Shown: positions 53,316 to 63,471 of the stretch, one piece after another
Layout of the letters: each line of letters begins with the position of its first letter
How positions within the stretch are numbered: the first letter of the stretch is position 1
Virus record (IMG/VR): IMGVR_UViG_3300040758_000214
Location: 79,061-143,060 of that record
Length of the DNA: 64,000 bases
Origin: a virus
Reading direction: 5' to 3' (one strand)
Translations under genes and position numbers: made by a program
The notes under the pieces: generated by a model
Told to the model about the DNA's origin: nothing
Seen by the model: the letters and a program-made list of their open reading frames with translations, nothing else
Database searches by the model: none

Positions 53316-53330
53316 ATTAATATATATGGC
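53316..53330 (-). promoter_or_regulatory. putative phage promoter (GCCATATATATTAAT variant)
   Basis: One-mismatch copy of the recurrent motif. Confidence 0.55.
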
Positions 53331-53350
53331 AGATTTAAGAATCCAATATT

Positions 53351-53611
53351 TTAGGATAACGATAATGAGGCGGGTTTTGAATAATTATTCAAATCAAAAA
53401 CTATATTCCCATTTGCAAAAGAGTCTGCATTTTTGACTAATTGTTTTGTAGTTGTAGGCATATTATTATCCACCACATTAATCATTAATCCATCTTTAAA
53501 ATTAAAAACAACACCATCATAAGTTTCTTCAACTTTGAGTAAATTTGTTCTATCAAGTTTAAATTCCATTGTCCCACGTTTAATAATTACACTAAATTGA
53601 CCATGTTCCAT
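53351..53611 (-). CDS. hypothetical protein
   Basis: 86-aa ORF. Confidence 0.6.
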   Translation of the reverse strand: MEHGQFSVIIKRGTMEFKLDRTNLLKVEETYDGVVFNFKDGLMINVVDNNMPTTTKQLVKNADSFANGNIVFDLNNYSKPASLSLS

Positions 53612-53612
53612 T

Positions 53613-54227
53613 TTATATTTCTCCTTTCAAAATTTGTACTTCTAATTCAACCAACATTTTAGATTTGTTAGTTTTCTCTATTATGAATTTAATCATATCA
53701 ACCTTTTTATTTGTTCTTAAATATTCAGTTATCATCAAAGGGTAATTATTCTCTTTTATTTTCTCATCAATTAATAAACAAAATTCATTTATATGTTCAT
53801 TACAAAATTGTTCAACATCTATTTTTCTTAAATCAATATTGAAATGTGTCCATAAATTAGATAAAAAAATAATTGGACTATCTAAAAATCTAATTAAATT
53901 ATATACTTCATTTATTTGATATTGATCATTTAATGAATGTTTTAATGGTGGAATATAATTATATATCTCTTCAATCTTATCTAAAATTTTAGTACAAAAT
54001 ACTCTTTGATTTTCAATTGTTTCATTTCTTATTTTGTTTATAACTATATTATAATGTTCTTTAAATTCTTCTGATTCAATTGAATCTAAACAATTCAATA
54101 AGTCATATTGTAATGACGCATTATCCTCCATATCACCATCATCATCTTCTTCAACTTCTAATAATGGCAAACTTGATCCTAATAAAATCTTTTCATTATC
54201 TATCATTTTATTTTCCTTTTTATTCAA
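53613..54227 (-). CDS. hypothetical protein
   Basis: 204-aa ORF with acidic N-terminus. Confidence 0.6.
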   Translation of the reverse strand: MNKKENKMIDNEKILLGSSLPLLEVEEDDDGDMEDNASLQYDLLNCLDSIESEEFKEHYNIVINKIRNETIENQRVFCTKILDKIEEIYNYIPPLKHSLNDQYQINEVYNLIRFLDSPIIFLSNLWTHFNIDLRKIDVEQFCNEHINEFCLLIDEKIKENNYPLMITEYLRTNKKVDMIKFIIEKTNKSKMLVELEVQILKGEI

Positions 54228-54693
54228 TTTACCATAGGTGTTTCATGATTTTTTAAAAATATTTTTAAAATTGGTTTATAATAATCTTTATAAGTAATTT
54301 TTATCGTCTATGTAGAGTGATAAAATGACATAGATTTTATAATTATATATCAGTTCCTTTAAAAAAATGGGATTTCTCCCATTAGTTATTTGATTGGATC
54401 AAATGCATCACAATAATAATCAACGCACATACCTTGCCCAGTACATGTTATTCTCCTGGTACAACTTTCACATTCCTCTACTCTGCTCATTCCAATTTCA
54501 TATTCTTCCATAAGTCACCCCTTCTCAATTTTGTCATATACATTTTGAACAGAATCATAATCCAGTTCGTTTGAACAACCACTCGATCCATCATATAACA
54601 CCATACTGAAATTTTAATTACCTTTAATTCTTCTTCGGTGAATTCCATAATTCACTCCTTTCAAAAATAATTAAATACAACTCCTATTTAGTA

Positions 54694-54707
54694 ATTAATA
54701 TATATAG
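54694..54707 (-). promoter_or_regulatory. putative phage promoter CTATATATATTAAT
   Basis: Copy of the recurrent motif just downstream of the set-2 beta gene. Confidence 0.6.
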
Positions 54708-54718
54708 AATATGAATCC

Positions 54719-57700
54719 TTATCTACCAGTAAGCATTAATGCAATGAAATAACTTTTTATTAAATCTTGAACTGGAGCTGATTTTGCATCTCTATATTTA
54801 GTGGATCCATGATGAATAATATCATTAATCATTTCATTTTTAGTCATATGATCATCAGATAAAGGACCTAACATTTCTGAAAGTAATATTGGAGTATTAT
54901 ATGATATTAAAGAATATGTGTCCATTTCTCCTAGTTTTTGTCCACCTTCTCTTCTTTTACCTGATGTAGGTTGTAATGTCTTTCCTGTAACTGGGCCTGT
55001 AGATCTTGAATAAATTTTCATTTCTCCAATCTGTTCCAATTTCTGTATATACATATAACCAATAGGAACATCATTAGTTGTATATATATTATACTCAGGA
55101 ATTTTTAATTTATATCCACTTTTCAATCCTAATAAATCCATAGCCTGTTTTATTTGGACATGAGTAGGAGCTTGAAATGGTGGAACTATAATTGGAAAAA
55201 ATCCAGTATTTTTAATTTGACTAACCAATTGTTGATAATTAGAATGTGGCATTTTTTCTATTGCTAAAATTAATCTTGTACTATACATTTTATTTTTAGT
55301 ATTATCTAACAATGGTAATATTTTTCTTAATCCATCTGCAACCTTTTTCTGATCATTTGTTTGTACCATTTTAACAGCTAAATTTTTAGCTATTAATCCA
55401 ATATAGATTTCATATAATTGTCCTAAGTTCATTCTTCCTATTATACCAACAGGATTCAAAATCATATCAATTGAATCACCCCAAGGTGTTTTAGGCATAT
55501 CTCCATCTTTTTCAATTAAAGAGATAATTCCTTTATTACCATGTCTATTTGCTAATTTATCTCCTAGTCCGACTCTTAATTCTTGTTGAATTTTAAATTT
55601 AACTAAAACTCCAGCTATACTTTTATGTCGAACTGTAAATTTTTCTTCACTAATTCTTTCATGTTTTTTATTAGTTCGATCTATTAATTCTTTTAACATT
55701 GGAAATTTAGAAGATGGAAGATTACTATAAACTTGTATATCTACAATTATTCCACCTGGACTTTTTAGATCAACTTGTCCACCATGTATTTCTTCATATT
55801 CATCTTCATCCCCTTCTGAGTATCCTAATAATTGCTCTAATTCTCCAGCAGTTTTTCTTAATAAAGGTTCTCCTTTATGTGTCATTGTTCCCATTCTAGA
55901 AATATATAAAAGTCTATCTTTTTCAGAAATCAACATTTCAACTTCTATTCCATGAACAGATGTTAATTTATCCTCATTGATTAATCTTTCATTTATAACA
56001 ACACCATCCTCAAAATTATACCCTTTATAAGGCATTACAGCCACACATAGAGTTCTTCCCATAGAGATGGTACCTTGGGATACAGCACTACCTTCCGCTA
56101 AAATAGACCCTTGTTTAACTACCTGACCAAATCTAACTCTTGGAATAAAAATACTTAATGTATCTTTTCCGCTTCCTGATTTAAGATATACAGGTTCTAA
56201 ACTTATTTTAACTTCTCTATCTTTTCCTTTTACAATAATTAAATCATTTGATAAGAAACTAATTTTTCCATCAAAAGGAGCTTTCTTTATAAAATTGTCA
56301 GATAATACATTTGTTAATAATGATTCATATCCTGATTGAACAACTGGTGGTTCAGGATTTTTTAAAGGTAATGCTTGTCTAGCTTGATTAACTGCCATCA
56401 TTACTCTTGCCCCATCATTATTTTCAACGAAGGGAATTAATACTGAAGATGTAGATAATAATCCAGACTTTTCATCATCATTAATTGGTTTAGTATGAAT
56501 TAATCCTCTGGATGAAGTCAATGCAGCATTAACAGATAAATGTTGAACAATACCAATATTTTCCCCTTCTGGTGTATCAAGAGGATCTATATTTCCAAAA
56601 TAAGAATCATGAACATTTCTTGCACTAACTTGAATAGCTTCTTTTCCAGGAATACCCCCCACTGATTTACCAACTGGAGATAATCTTGTCATTGTAGACA
56701 TTTCTTCGATTGGATTAGCATATTCTATATCTGTAACAATTTCTGAATTAATAAATTCACTTAATATTTTTCCTTGTGGAATATTAAATTTAGCATTTTT
56801 ATTTCCAGATAAAACTTGCCCTTTATATTCTGTATATGCAGCATGAACTTGTTTTTGAACTAAATGTATTAATACTTCTGAATTTCTTATTCTTTGATGG
56901 TCTAAACTATTTCTATCAGTTGCATATCCTTCAACAACTTTAGTTGCCATATATTTCATTATCTCATTTAACTTATGAGGTAATTGTTCATTTGCTAAAA
57001 CTTGCTCAACAATTGGATCAATTAAATTTTCTTGATTTGATAATATCATATATGTTGACTGTGTTCTTCCTGTCAATTTAATAATAAAATCATTAAAAAA
57101 TTCTCTTGTTCCAAATTTCTTTTGAATATTATATGAGTATACATTAGCATGAACAAAGGATTCACAAATTTCCTCTTTAAGGGGTGTATTTATATCTGTG
57201 AATACTATATACTGTGTTTCATTTAAACGACAGGCATATGGAGTTTTTGCTTGTATTTTGTCAACTATTTGGTGACCTATCCCATACTCTCTTAACGTTT
57301 CATCAAATCCAAATAAAAAAAATAAACATATTGAAAATGGAATTGTATAATTTCCCATATATATTTCTAGATATTTTAATTTCCTAGTTCTCTTACTCCA
57401 TATATGAAAACTAGAATAAGAACTTGTAAATCTTGAATCATATGGTTCAGGAAATGTTATAGGATTTAAAACTATTTGATTAATTAAACATTTTCTTTGC
57501 CCATTAACTTTAAATGTACCATATGCATCTATTTTAGGTAAATCAATATTGATATGATGTATATTACCAAATTCATCTTTTAATGTAGCTTTTAATACTA
57601 TTTCATCACTCTTATCAAGTTCCGTATTTTTTCCAAGTTTTTCAACCATTTCAACTTTTTCAACTTTTAATGGAATATTAGCTTTAGATAAAACATTAAA

Positions 57701-58843
57701 TGCATTCTCTGAATCCTTCTTTAAATTAACGTCAAAATCTATTTGTCTTTTCTTAAATAAATGAGTAGGAACATTATTTCCAACCATATTTTTTACATCT
57801 GAATTTTTAATAGTATCTTCTTCTGATGTACTTTGAACTGGTTCTGGATGTAATAATTCATCCTTATACTTTTTATCAATATGTAATAAAGCCTTATTTA
57901 ATTTTACAAGAGGAATTGATTTTGATGTCTTTTTAGATTTATTAAAATTTCCACTAACCTTATATAATATAGAAGCAATTGCTATTTTCTTAGCCTCATC
58001 ATTATCAGTCTCTTTAGTTTGAACTCTATCCAATTCAACTTTATCCTTTGATAAATATCTTGCAATTGCAGATTTAATTCTAGGAGTTTTTATCTCAGGA
58101 TTATCTATACTTATTTTATTAACAACTTCATCAGATGCATTTTGTACTTCCTCAGAATGTTCATCCTCAATATTTTCTATTTCATCTGGATGTCTTGAAA
58201 CTCTTACATTCTTAAGTAAATTATATAAAAGGTTAAATCTAAATACTTTATCCTTAATTAATAATCTATATCTTGTACTTCTATCCCCTACAAATGCCAA
58301 TAACATATTATCATATGGTAAAGATTCATCAGGATTTTTAATTTTTTGTATAAATGGAAATATCTTTCGATTAGCAAATACTGGAATTCCCTTATCAACA
58401 TCTATTGAATATAAAAAAATTTTCCTATAATTAGAGGGAAATTGTGAAAATATAGAGTCAATTATACTTGTTAAAAATACTCCATACCTTGACCTGAAAT
58501 TTGAAGGTTTAAATTTTAAATTTAACGCTTGAATAAAATTAGATATATCAACAATAATATTTTGTCCACTTGGAACCTTTTGTTGTGTAGAATATGCATT
58601 TAATTTAAATTTATCCCTATATAATTTCTTAATCTCGGATTTCCAAAATGTTCTCGGAACTTTAGTTATAGGAACAACCACAGTCTTAAAGTCCATATAC
58701 CTTATATTCAACTTTGGGTAGTCTTCTAAGAATGTAGAATTCTCAGAAAAATATAAAATTACAAAGGGCCTTTTAGGATCTATCTGATATCTTATTCCAT
58801 CCACTTGTTGATTATATAATCTTAATACTTCGAACTTTACCAT
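54719..58843 (-). CDS. DNA-directed RNA polymerase beta subunit-like (phage set 2), long N-terminal extension
   Basis: DTPEGENIG, GYNFEDG, GDKLANRHGNKG, RMNLGQ, RSTGP...QP..G..REGGQKLGEMD. Confidence 0.95.
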   Translation of the reverse strand: MVKFEVLRLYNQQVDGIRYQIDPKRPFVILYFSENSTFLEDYPKLNIRYMDFKTVVVPITKVPRTFWKSEIKKLYRDKFKLNAYSTQQKVPSGQNIIVDISNFIQALNLKFKPSNFRSRYGVFLTSIIDSIFSQFPSNYRKIFLYSIDVDKGIPVFANRKIFPFIQKIKNPDESLPYDNMLLAFVGDRSTRYRLLIKDKVFRFNLLYNLLKNVRVSRHPDEIENIEDEHSEEVQNASDEVVNKISIDNPEIKTPRIKSAIARYLSKDKVELDRVQTKETDNDEAKKIAIASILYKVSGNFNKSKKTSKSIPLVKLNKALLHIDKKYKDELLHPEPVQSTSEEDTIKNSDVKNMVGNNVPTHLFKKRQIDFDVNLKKDSENAFNVLSKANIPLKVEKVEMVEKLGKNTELDKSDEIVLKATLKDEFGNIHHINIDLPKIDAYGTFKVNGQRKCLINQIVLNPITFPEPYDSRFTSSYSSFHIWSKRTRKLKYLEIYMGNYTIPFSICLFFLFGFDETLREYGIGHQIVDKIQAKTPYACRLNETQYIVFTDINTPLKEEICESFVHANVYSYNIQKKFGTREFFNDFIIKLTGRTQSTYMILSNQENLIDPIVEQVLANEQLPHKLNEIMKYMATKVVEGYATDRNSLDHQRIRNSEVLIHLVQKQVHAAYTEYKGQVLSGNKNAKFNIPQGKILSEFINSEIVTDIEYANPIEEMSTMTRLSPVGKSVGGIPGKEAIQVSARNVHDSYFGNIDPLDTPEGENIGIVQHLSVNAALTSSRGLIHTKPINDDEKSGLLSTSSVLIPFVENNDGARVMMAVNQARQALPLKNPEPPVVQSGYESLLTNVLSDNFIKKAPFDGKISFLSNDLIIVKGKDREVKISLEPVYLKSGSGKDTLSIFIPRVRFGQVVKQGSILAEGSAVSQGTISMGRTLCVAVMPYKGYNFEDGVVINERLINEDKLTSVHGIEVEMLISEKDRLLYISRMGTMTHKGEPLLRKTAGELEQLLGYSEGDEDEYEEIHGGQVDLKSPGGIIVDIQVYSNLPSSKFPMLKELIDRTNKKHERISEEKFTVRHKSIAGVLVKFKIQQELRVGLGDKLANRHGNKGIISLIEKDGDMPKTPWGDSIDMILNPVGIIGRMNLGQLYEIYIGLIAKNLAVKMVQTNDQKKVADGLRKILPLLDNTKNKMYSTRLILAIEKMPHSNYQQLVSQIKNTGFFPIIVPPFQAPTHVQIKQAMDLLGLKSGYKLKIPEYNIYTTNDVPIGYMYIQKLEQIGEMKIYSRSTGPVTGKTLQPTSGKRREGGQKLGEMDTYSLISYNTPILLSEMLGPLSDDHMTKNEMINDIIHHGSTKYRDAKSAPVQDLIKSYFIALMLTGR

Positions 58844-58846
58844 AGT

Positions 58847-59530
58847 TTAATGATCCTCTTTCTTTTTAACAAGCGTGCCACTCATAATCTTTTCAATAAT
58901 TGATGGTTCAAGATCTGTCTCACTTATTAATCCGGTTTTTATTACTTCATTGACGTTCTCAAATCCAAGTCCTTGAAGGAATCCGCTTGAAAATATATTT
59001 TTCTTAATATTAACCATTATTGGGTCCCAAGGATGTCCTAACCTCGCCGGTAACGAAGGATTACTTCGATCACGTAAACATTGAGAAAGTAAAACTTCCA
59101 TATGTATTGCATCCATATTTGAAGTACCATATATTGCATATAATTTTCTAAATAAATGTTCTGGTGATTTTGAAATTTCACGTCCCCCAATTAATCTTTC
59201 TATATATGCAACTTGTTGTTTAATTTCAACAGCTTCCAATGGAGCTTCCAAAACAATTGAATCTTTTTTATAATCTAATTCTATAGATTCTTTCCCATGT
59301 TGAATTATATGAATAATATTTAATTTAATTGGATAATCCAAAATTAAATTAAATATTACATCTTCAAATTCGATTTGTGAAACAAGACTCTTACACCAAA
59401 CATCTTGATCAGTAATAATTATATTATCACCTATTTTGTAATATGAGAGATCAATAGTTATTTTACAATCTTTCAAACAAGCTAATATATTACCTTGTTG
59501 TGAGAAATAATGAGATATTTTATTAGGCAC
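58847..59530 (-). CDS. RNA polymerase beta' C-terminal fragment (set 2)
   Basis: 'IHMEVLLSQCLR' and 'SGFLQGLGFEN...IMSG' match beta' C-terminal motifs (KHIEVIVRQM; SFLSAASFQE); GTG start with GGAGG. Confidence 0.8.
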   Translation of the reverse strand: MPNKISHYFSQQGNILACLKDCKITIDLSYYKIGDNIIITDQDVWCKSLVSQIEFEDVIFNLILDYPIKLNIIHIIQHGKESIELDYKKDSIVLEAPLEAVEIKQQVAYIERLIGGREISKSPEHLFRKLYAIYGTSNMDAIHMEVLLSQCLRDRSNPSLPARLGHPWDPIMVNIKKNIFSSGFLQGLGFENVNEVIKTGLISETDLEPSIIEKIMSGTLVKKKEDH

Positions 59531-59535
59531 TTTAA

Positions 59536-61878
59536 TTATTCCTCCATTAGTGGATCATTCATTACAATATCATTAAGCATGTTTCTTACAGATAGTTTAA
59601 TGCTACCTCCGACGTGAAATTCTTTCATAATTCCCTGCGTGCTCCTCTCACCCAAGATTTGTCCTGCAATTACTCCTATATATGGTGTTTTATGCCTCAT
59701 CAATAATTTTCCATAACATATATGACAAATCTTAGGTGACTCACAATATATTGGCGAACGTAAATGAATTAATTGTCCGACTTTAAATTTTTTAGGATCA
59801 AATTCTTCAACTTCACCATTGACTACAACATACCGACCTGTTATTTTTTTCATTAAATCAGATTCTAATTTAATATCTAGAGTTCTAGAAGTTTTACAAT
59901 CTGTTAAATATGGGTCGGCTTCAACCGAATTTAAAAGATAAACAAGTTTTCTTGAGAGGTAGCCAGTATCTGCTGTCGAAAGTACTCTCGAAATGATACC
60001 TTTTCGAGCACCTGAAGAAGCCAAAAAATACTCAGTAGGTTTAAGTCCTTCAGTATAAGATCCTTTAATAGTAGGTAAAATTTTTCCAGTCGCATCTGCA
60101 ACAATTCCTTTAGATACAAGTATCTGAAAAGGCTGATCGACTCCTTTCGTGGCACCACTATCTAATAAGTCATAAAAACCACTGCCCTCTTTTTTAAGAT
60201 ATTCAACTAATATTTTTCTCATTTGTTGTAATAATTCATTATCTTTTTCAGTATCAGTTCCAGTTAATTTCTTTTTTAAATCATATATTTCTTTAGGCAA
60301 TATTAAATTTTCTAAAGTAAATGTAGGGGAAAGAATAGTTGCAAATTTAAATCCAACTTTTCCTAATTTAGATGTAGTTTTTATTGCTTCTTCATCTCCA
60401 TATTTATCTACTATATCTGAAATTAAATTATTCACCATTTTCTTATCAACTAATTCATTAATAAATATATGATCTTTTGGTAGACAATTATTAAAAATTG
60501 CCTTACCCATTGTAGTATTTCTTCCATTATATACTACTGGATTATATGGATTTTTTGCTTCTTCTAGATCTTTTTCAGTTACATGTATTGCAGGTTTATT
60601 AATCTTAATGTCTTTAGTGATCACATATAATCCCGTACATATTTCTTTAGATAATTCAAATGCTAAACTTTTAGATGAATCTCCAGAAACTGCAGTCATC
60701 ATTTTTTGTATAGCTTCTGCCTGCGCTTCCTCCGAAATTGGAAGATAAATAGCCATTTGGTCGCCATCAAAATCAGCATTCCAACCAGAACATTGGGCTC
60801 CGCATATTTGAATTGTCTCACCGTTAATTAATATTGGTTTAACAGCTCTTAGTGACTCACGATGAAGATCCGGGTCCCGCTTTGCAAGTACTACTCTTCC
60901 CATCATTGCCACTTCAGTAGCTTCAAAAAACATATCATAAAGAGCAGGCGGAATTTTATCACCATTTTTTATACTTTTGATTACACGCTCAACTGAATCT
61001 ACAGACAAATCAGACTTTGTAAATGCTTTGACTTCTCTTTCAAGTTTCTTTTGATCAACTCTTCCCGCATATAATAACTGATGTAAAACAAATGGTTTAA
61101 ATATATTTACGGCTATTTTCAATGGAAGTCCAATTTCATTAACTTTTAGATTTGGGCCTGGGGTAATGACTGCCCGTCCAGAAAAGTCTACACGTTTGGA
61201 TAATAATTGATCTCGAATGACTCCGAATTTTTTACCAATTTTAGTTCTAATAAAATCATCATGTGCAATGACAGCTTTTTGTAATCCATAATTTAATAAG
61301 TCGAATAGTGGACCTTTATGTCCTGCACTTTTAACTTGGAAAGATCTTCTTATTATAGTTACATAATAATCATTTAATGGATCTGCCATTATGGTTCCAT
61401 CTACATCTTTTGTAATAGGTCTTAAATCTGGTGGAATTACTGGAACTTTATCTAGGAATAGAGTTTTATCTTCGTATGCTTTTTGTAGAACACCAATAAA
61501 TTTATCACGATCAGAAGATCCTCCTCTAAAATTAATTTTTGGAAAGATCTTTATGAATTCATTTATGCCTGTAATTCCATTATCAACTTCAATTAGTTGA
61601 CCTTCTTTATCTAAAGAGAATTGACTTTCAGTTGAAATAAATTTAATTATTCTTCTATCTAATTGAATTAATACTTTATATGCAGAAGGATGAATTACAA
61701 ATGCATTTAGATTAATAAATGAGTATTTATTTCTTCTATCAGATGAACCTTCAATTCCAAATATTTTTTCTGAAAGTAATCCATCTTGTTGAAATTCTCC
61801 GGTTCTTGTATAAAATTCAGTGGATGTTACTGGAGTTAAACCTTTAACGAATTGCTCTAGATTTAAGAATTTAATCAT
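59536..61878 (-). CDS. RNA polymerase beta' N-terminal/catalytic part (set 2)
   Basis: KRVDFSGRAVI, RDPDLH, NADFDGD, TADTGYLSRKL, trigger helix TQGIMKEFH; no N-terminal Zn finger. Confidence 0.95.
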   Translation of the reverse strand: MIKFLNLEQFVKGLTPVTSTEFYTRTGEFQQDGLLSEKIFGIEGSSDRRNKYSFINLNAFVIHPSAYKVLIQLDRRIIKFISTESQFSLDKEGQLIEVDNGITGINEFIKIFPKINFRGGSSDRDKFIGVLQKAYEDKTLFLDKVPVIPPDLRPITKDVDGTIMADPLNDYYVTIIRRSFQVKSAGHKGPLFDLLNYGLQKAVIAHDDFIRTKIGKKFGVIRDQLLSKRVDFSGRAVITPGPNLKVNEIGLPLKIAVNIFKPFVLHQLLYAGRVDQKKLEREVKAFTKSDLSVDSVERVIKSIKNGDKIPPALYDMFFEATEVAMMGRVVLAKRDPDLHRESLRAVKPILINGETIQICGAQCSGWNADFDGDQMAIYLPISEEAQAEAIQKMMTAVSGDSSKSLAFELSKEICTGLYVITKDIKINKPAIHVTEKDLEEAKNPYNPVVYNGRNTTMGKAIFNNCLPKDHIFINELVDKKMVNNLISDIVDKYGDEEAIKTTSKLGKVGFKFATILSPTFTLENLILPKEIYDLKKKLTGTDTEKDNELLQQMRKILVEYLKKEGSGFYDLLDSGATKGVDQPFQILVSKGIVADATGKILPTIKGSYTEGLKPTEYFLASSGARKGIISRVLSTADTGYLSRKLVYLLNSVEADPYLTDCKTSRTLDIKLESDLMKKITGRYVVVNGEVEEFDPKKFKVGQLIHLRSPIYCESPKICHICYGKLLMRHKTPYIGVIAGQILGERSTQGIMKEFHVGGSIKLSVRNMLNDIVMNDPLMEE

Positions 61879-61880
61879 AG

Positions 61881-62105
61881 TTAATATCCTTTAGAATGTC
61901 TAAAATTATTACATTTTGCATTTATTGGTTTTAACTCATCAGAACAAGTAATTATATCTGGGATTAATTCATTAATAGTACATTTCAAACAATTATTACA
62001 TGGATAATATATCCATCTATTTGCACGAAATGACCAACCATGAGTAGTATAATTATATGGAGTATTTAATGTATTATTGTACAATAATGGAGAATCATCA
62101 TTCAT
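61881..62105 (-). CDS. Cys-rich Zn-finger paralog
   Basis: CNNC..TINELI...ITC...C. Confidence 0.65.
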   Translation of the reverse strand: MNDDSPLLYNNTLNTPYNYTTHGWSFRANRWIYYPCNNCLKCTINELIPDIITCSDELKPINAKCNNFRHSKGY

Positions 62106-62355
62106 AATTAAGCACCTTTAAATCTTCAATATATTTTTCACAACGTTTATCTTGATCAGGTTTAATATTATATTTACAAGTTATCATTCCAGTAATTAAT
62201 TTATTAATAATTTTATTTTCACAAAACCAACAAGTTCTATAAATAAAACATCCAAATTCAGGACTATAGTAATGCCTATCATTAAAAGCATTTAGTACAA
62301 GTCTGTTAGTTTTATATTCATCATATAAAAAGTTTATCTCATTATTCATATTCAA
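62098..62355 (-). CDS. Cys-rich Zn-finger paralog
   Basis: CWFC...INKLI..MITC...C. Confidence 0.65.
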   Translation of the reverse strand: MNMNNEINFLYDEYKTNRLVLNAFNDRHYYSPEFGCFIYRTCWFCENKIINKLITGMITCKYNIKPDQDKRCEKYIEDLKVLNYE

Positions 62356-62558
62356 TCCTTTTTATAATTATAACAAGTTATTTCCATTAATTTTCCTCTT
62401 ATATTTAATTTATAATATCTTGGTATATTTTTTATAGTTCCCCAATTTAAACATATTTTATGTTGTAATAGATCATTTATAAATAAATTTTTGCATGTAT
62501 TACAAATTTCAAAAGGCTCACCATTAAAACAATGTATTTCATCATTCATTTTTTTCAC
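62352..62558 (-). CDS. Cys-rich Zn-finger paralog
   Basis: CNTC...INDLL...IC...C. Confidence 0.6.
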   Translation of the reverse strand: MKKMNDEIHCFNGEPFEICNTCKNLFINDLLQHKICLNWGTIKNIPRYYKLNIRGKLMEITCYNYKKD

Positions 62559-62802
62559 TTATCCTTTTAAATTTTTCACAATGGCATCTAGTATTAATAT
62601 TTGGTTTTATATTATATATACAAGTAACATTTCCACTTATTAATTTATCTATTCTAATATTTTTACAAGTAGTACATTTAGTATAGATATAACATTTTCC
62701 TTCTTCAATATATCTATGTGTAGCCCAAAACTCAAAAGACCTTGCAAAATCATAAACTGAAGTCTTATATTCATCATACAAAAAATTTATCTCATCATTC
62801 AT
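62542..62802 (-). CDS. Cys-rich Zn-finger paralog
   Basis: CTTC...IDKLI..VTC...C. Confidence 0.65.
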   Translation of the reverse strand: MNDEINFLYDEYKTSVYDFARSFEFWATHRYIEEGKCYIYTKCTTCKNIRIDKLISGNVTCIYNIKPNINTRCHCEKFKRISEKNE

Positions 62803-62803
62803 A

Positions 62804-63040
62804 TTACATTCCTTTATACCAAAATGTCCATCCTTTACATAGTCCTTTAAAAGGTTTTAATTCTTTAGAACATGTAACCATCCCTTTTATTAATTCATTA
62901 TATTTTATATGTTTACAACTTTGACATGGGATATAAACTAAACAATTAGTCCTTTTGTAAAATAAATGAAAATCTGAGGTAATAAACATAAAATGTCTTT
63001 CAACATATTCATCATACAATAATGGTGATTTATCATTCAT
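62804..63040 (-). CDS. Cys-rich Zn-finger paralog
   Basis: CQSC...YNELI..MVTC...C. Confidence 0.65.
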   Translation of the reverse strand: MNDKSPLLYDEYVERHFMFITSDFHLFYKRTNCLVYIPCQSCKHIKYNELIKGMVTCSKELKPFKGLCKGWTFWYKGM

Positions 63041-63042
63041 AA

Positions 63043-63291
63043 TTATCTCGCTTTAATAAATTTTATATCTTCTGACTTTCTTAGTTTAAAATTTAATTTA
63101 TGCCCAGTACATATAATACTTCCGCTTATACTTTTAAGATGTTCTGGACATGTACAAATTGCTACATATTGTAATTCATCTATTAACAAATTTTTACAAA
63201 AGTCACAAATATTTGGAATTGACTCTACTTTAAGATCCCATATGCTTTTAAAATTCAAAAAATTATTTATTCCCCAATATTTATCGCTCAT
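63043..63291 (-). CDS. Cys-rich Zn-finger paralog
   Basis: CDFC...IDEL...IC...C. Confidence 0.6.
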   Translation of the reverse strand: MSDKYWGINNFLNFKSIWDLKVESIPNICDFCKNLLIDELQYVAICTCPEHLKSISGSIICTGHKLNFKLRKSEDIKFIKAR

Positions 63292-63470
63292 AATTCACTT
63301 CCTTTAAATTCTTTACAAATAAACATCCACTCTTTAACATTAAAATGTAAATTTTGAGTATCTTCTTTTAAACATTCTGTATAAAATAATAATTCATCTA
63401 TATGCCTATATTTACATTTTCTACATAATGGAAAAACACTTAAAGTCCTAAATATATCATATTCGTCCAT
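63288..63470 (-). CDS. Cys-rich Zn-finger paralog
   Basis: CRKC...IDELL...EC...C. Confidence 0.6.
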   Translation of the reverse strand: MDEYDIFRTLSVFPLCRKCKYRHIDELLFYTECLKEDTQNLHFNVKEWMFICKEFKGSEL

Positions 63471-63471
63471 T

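Noticed and set aside
54385-54650. Possible programmed frameshift in a small ORF downstream of the 54694 promoter
   Set aside because: A frame change would give a more natural-looking peptide, but no slippery site is evident and it cannot be distinguished from decay or sequence error
1380-62924. All plus-strand ORFs in the track (e.g. 4096..4428, 36490..36984, 48896..49913)
   Set aside because: They are antisense shadows of well-supported minus-strand genes, with Ile/Ser/Phe-rich composition and no RBS or motifs
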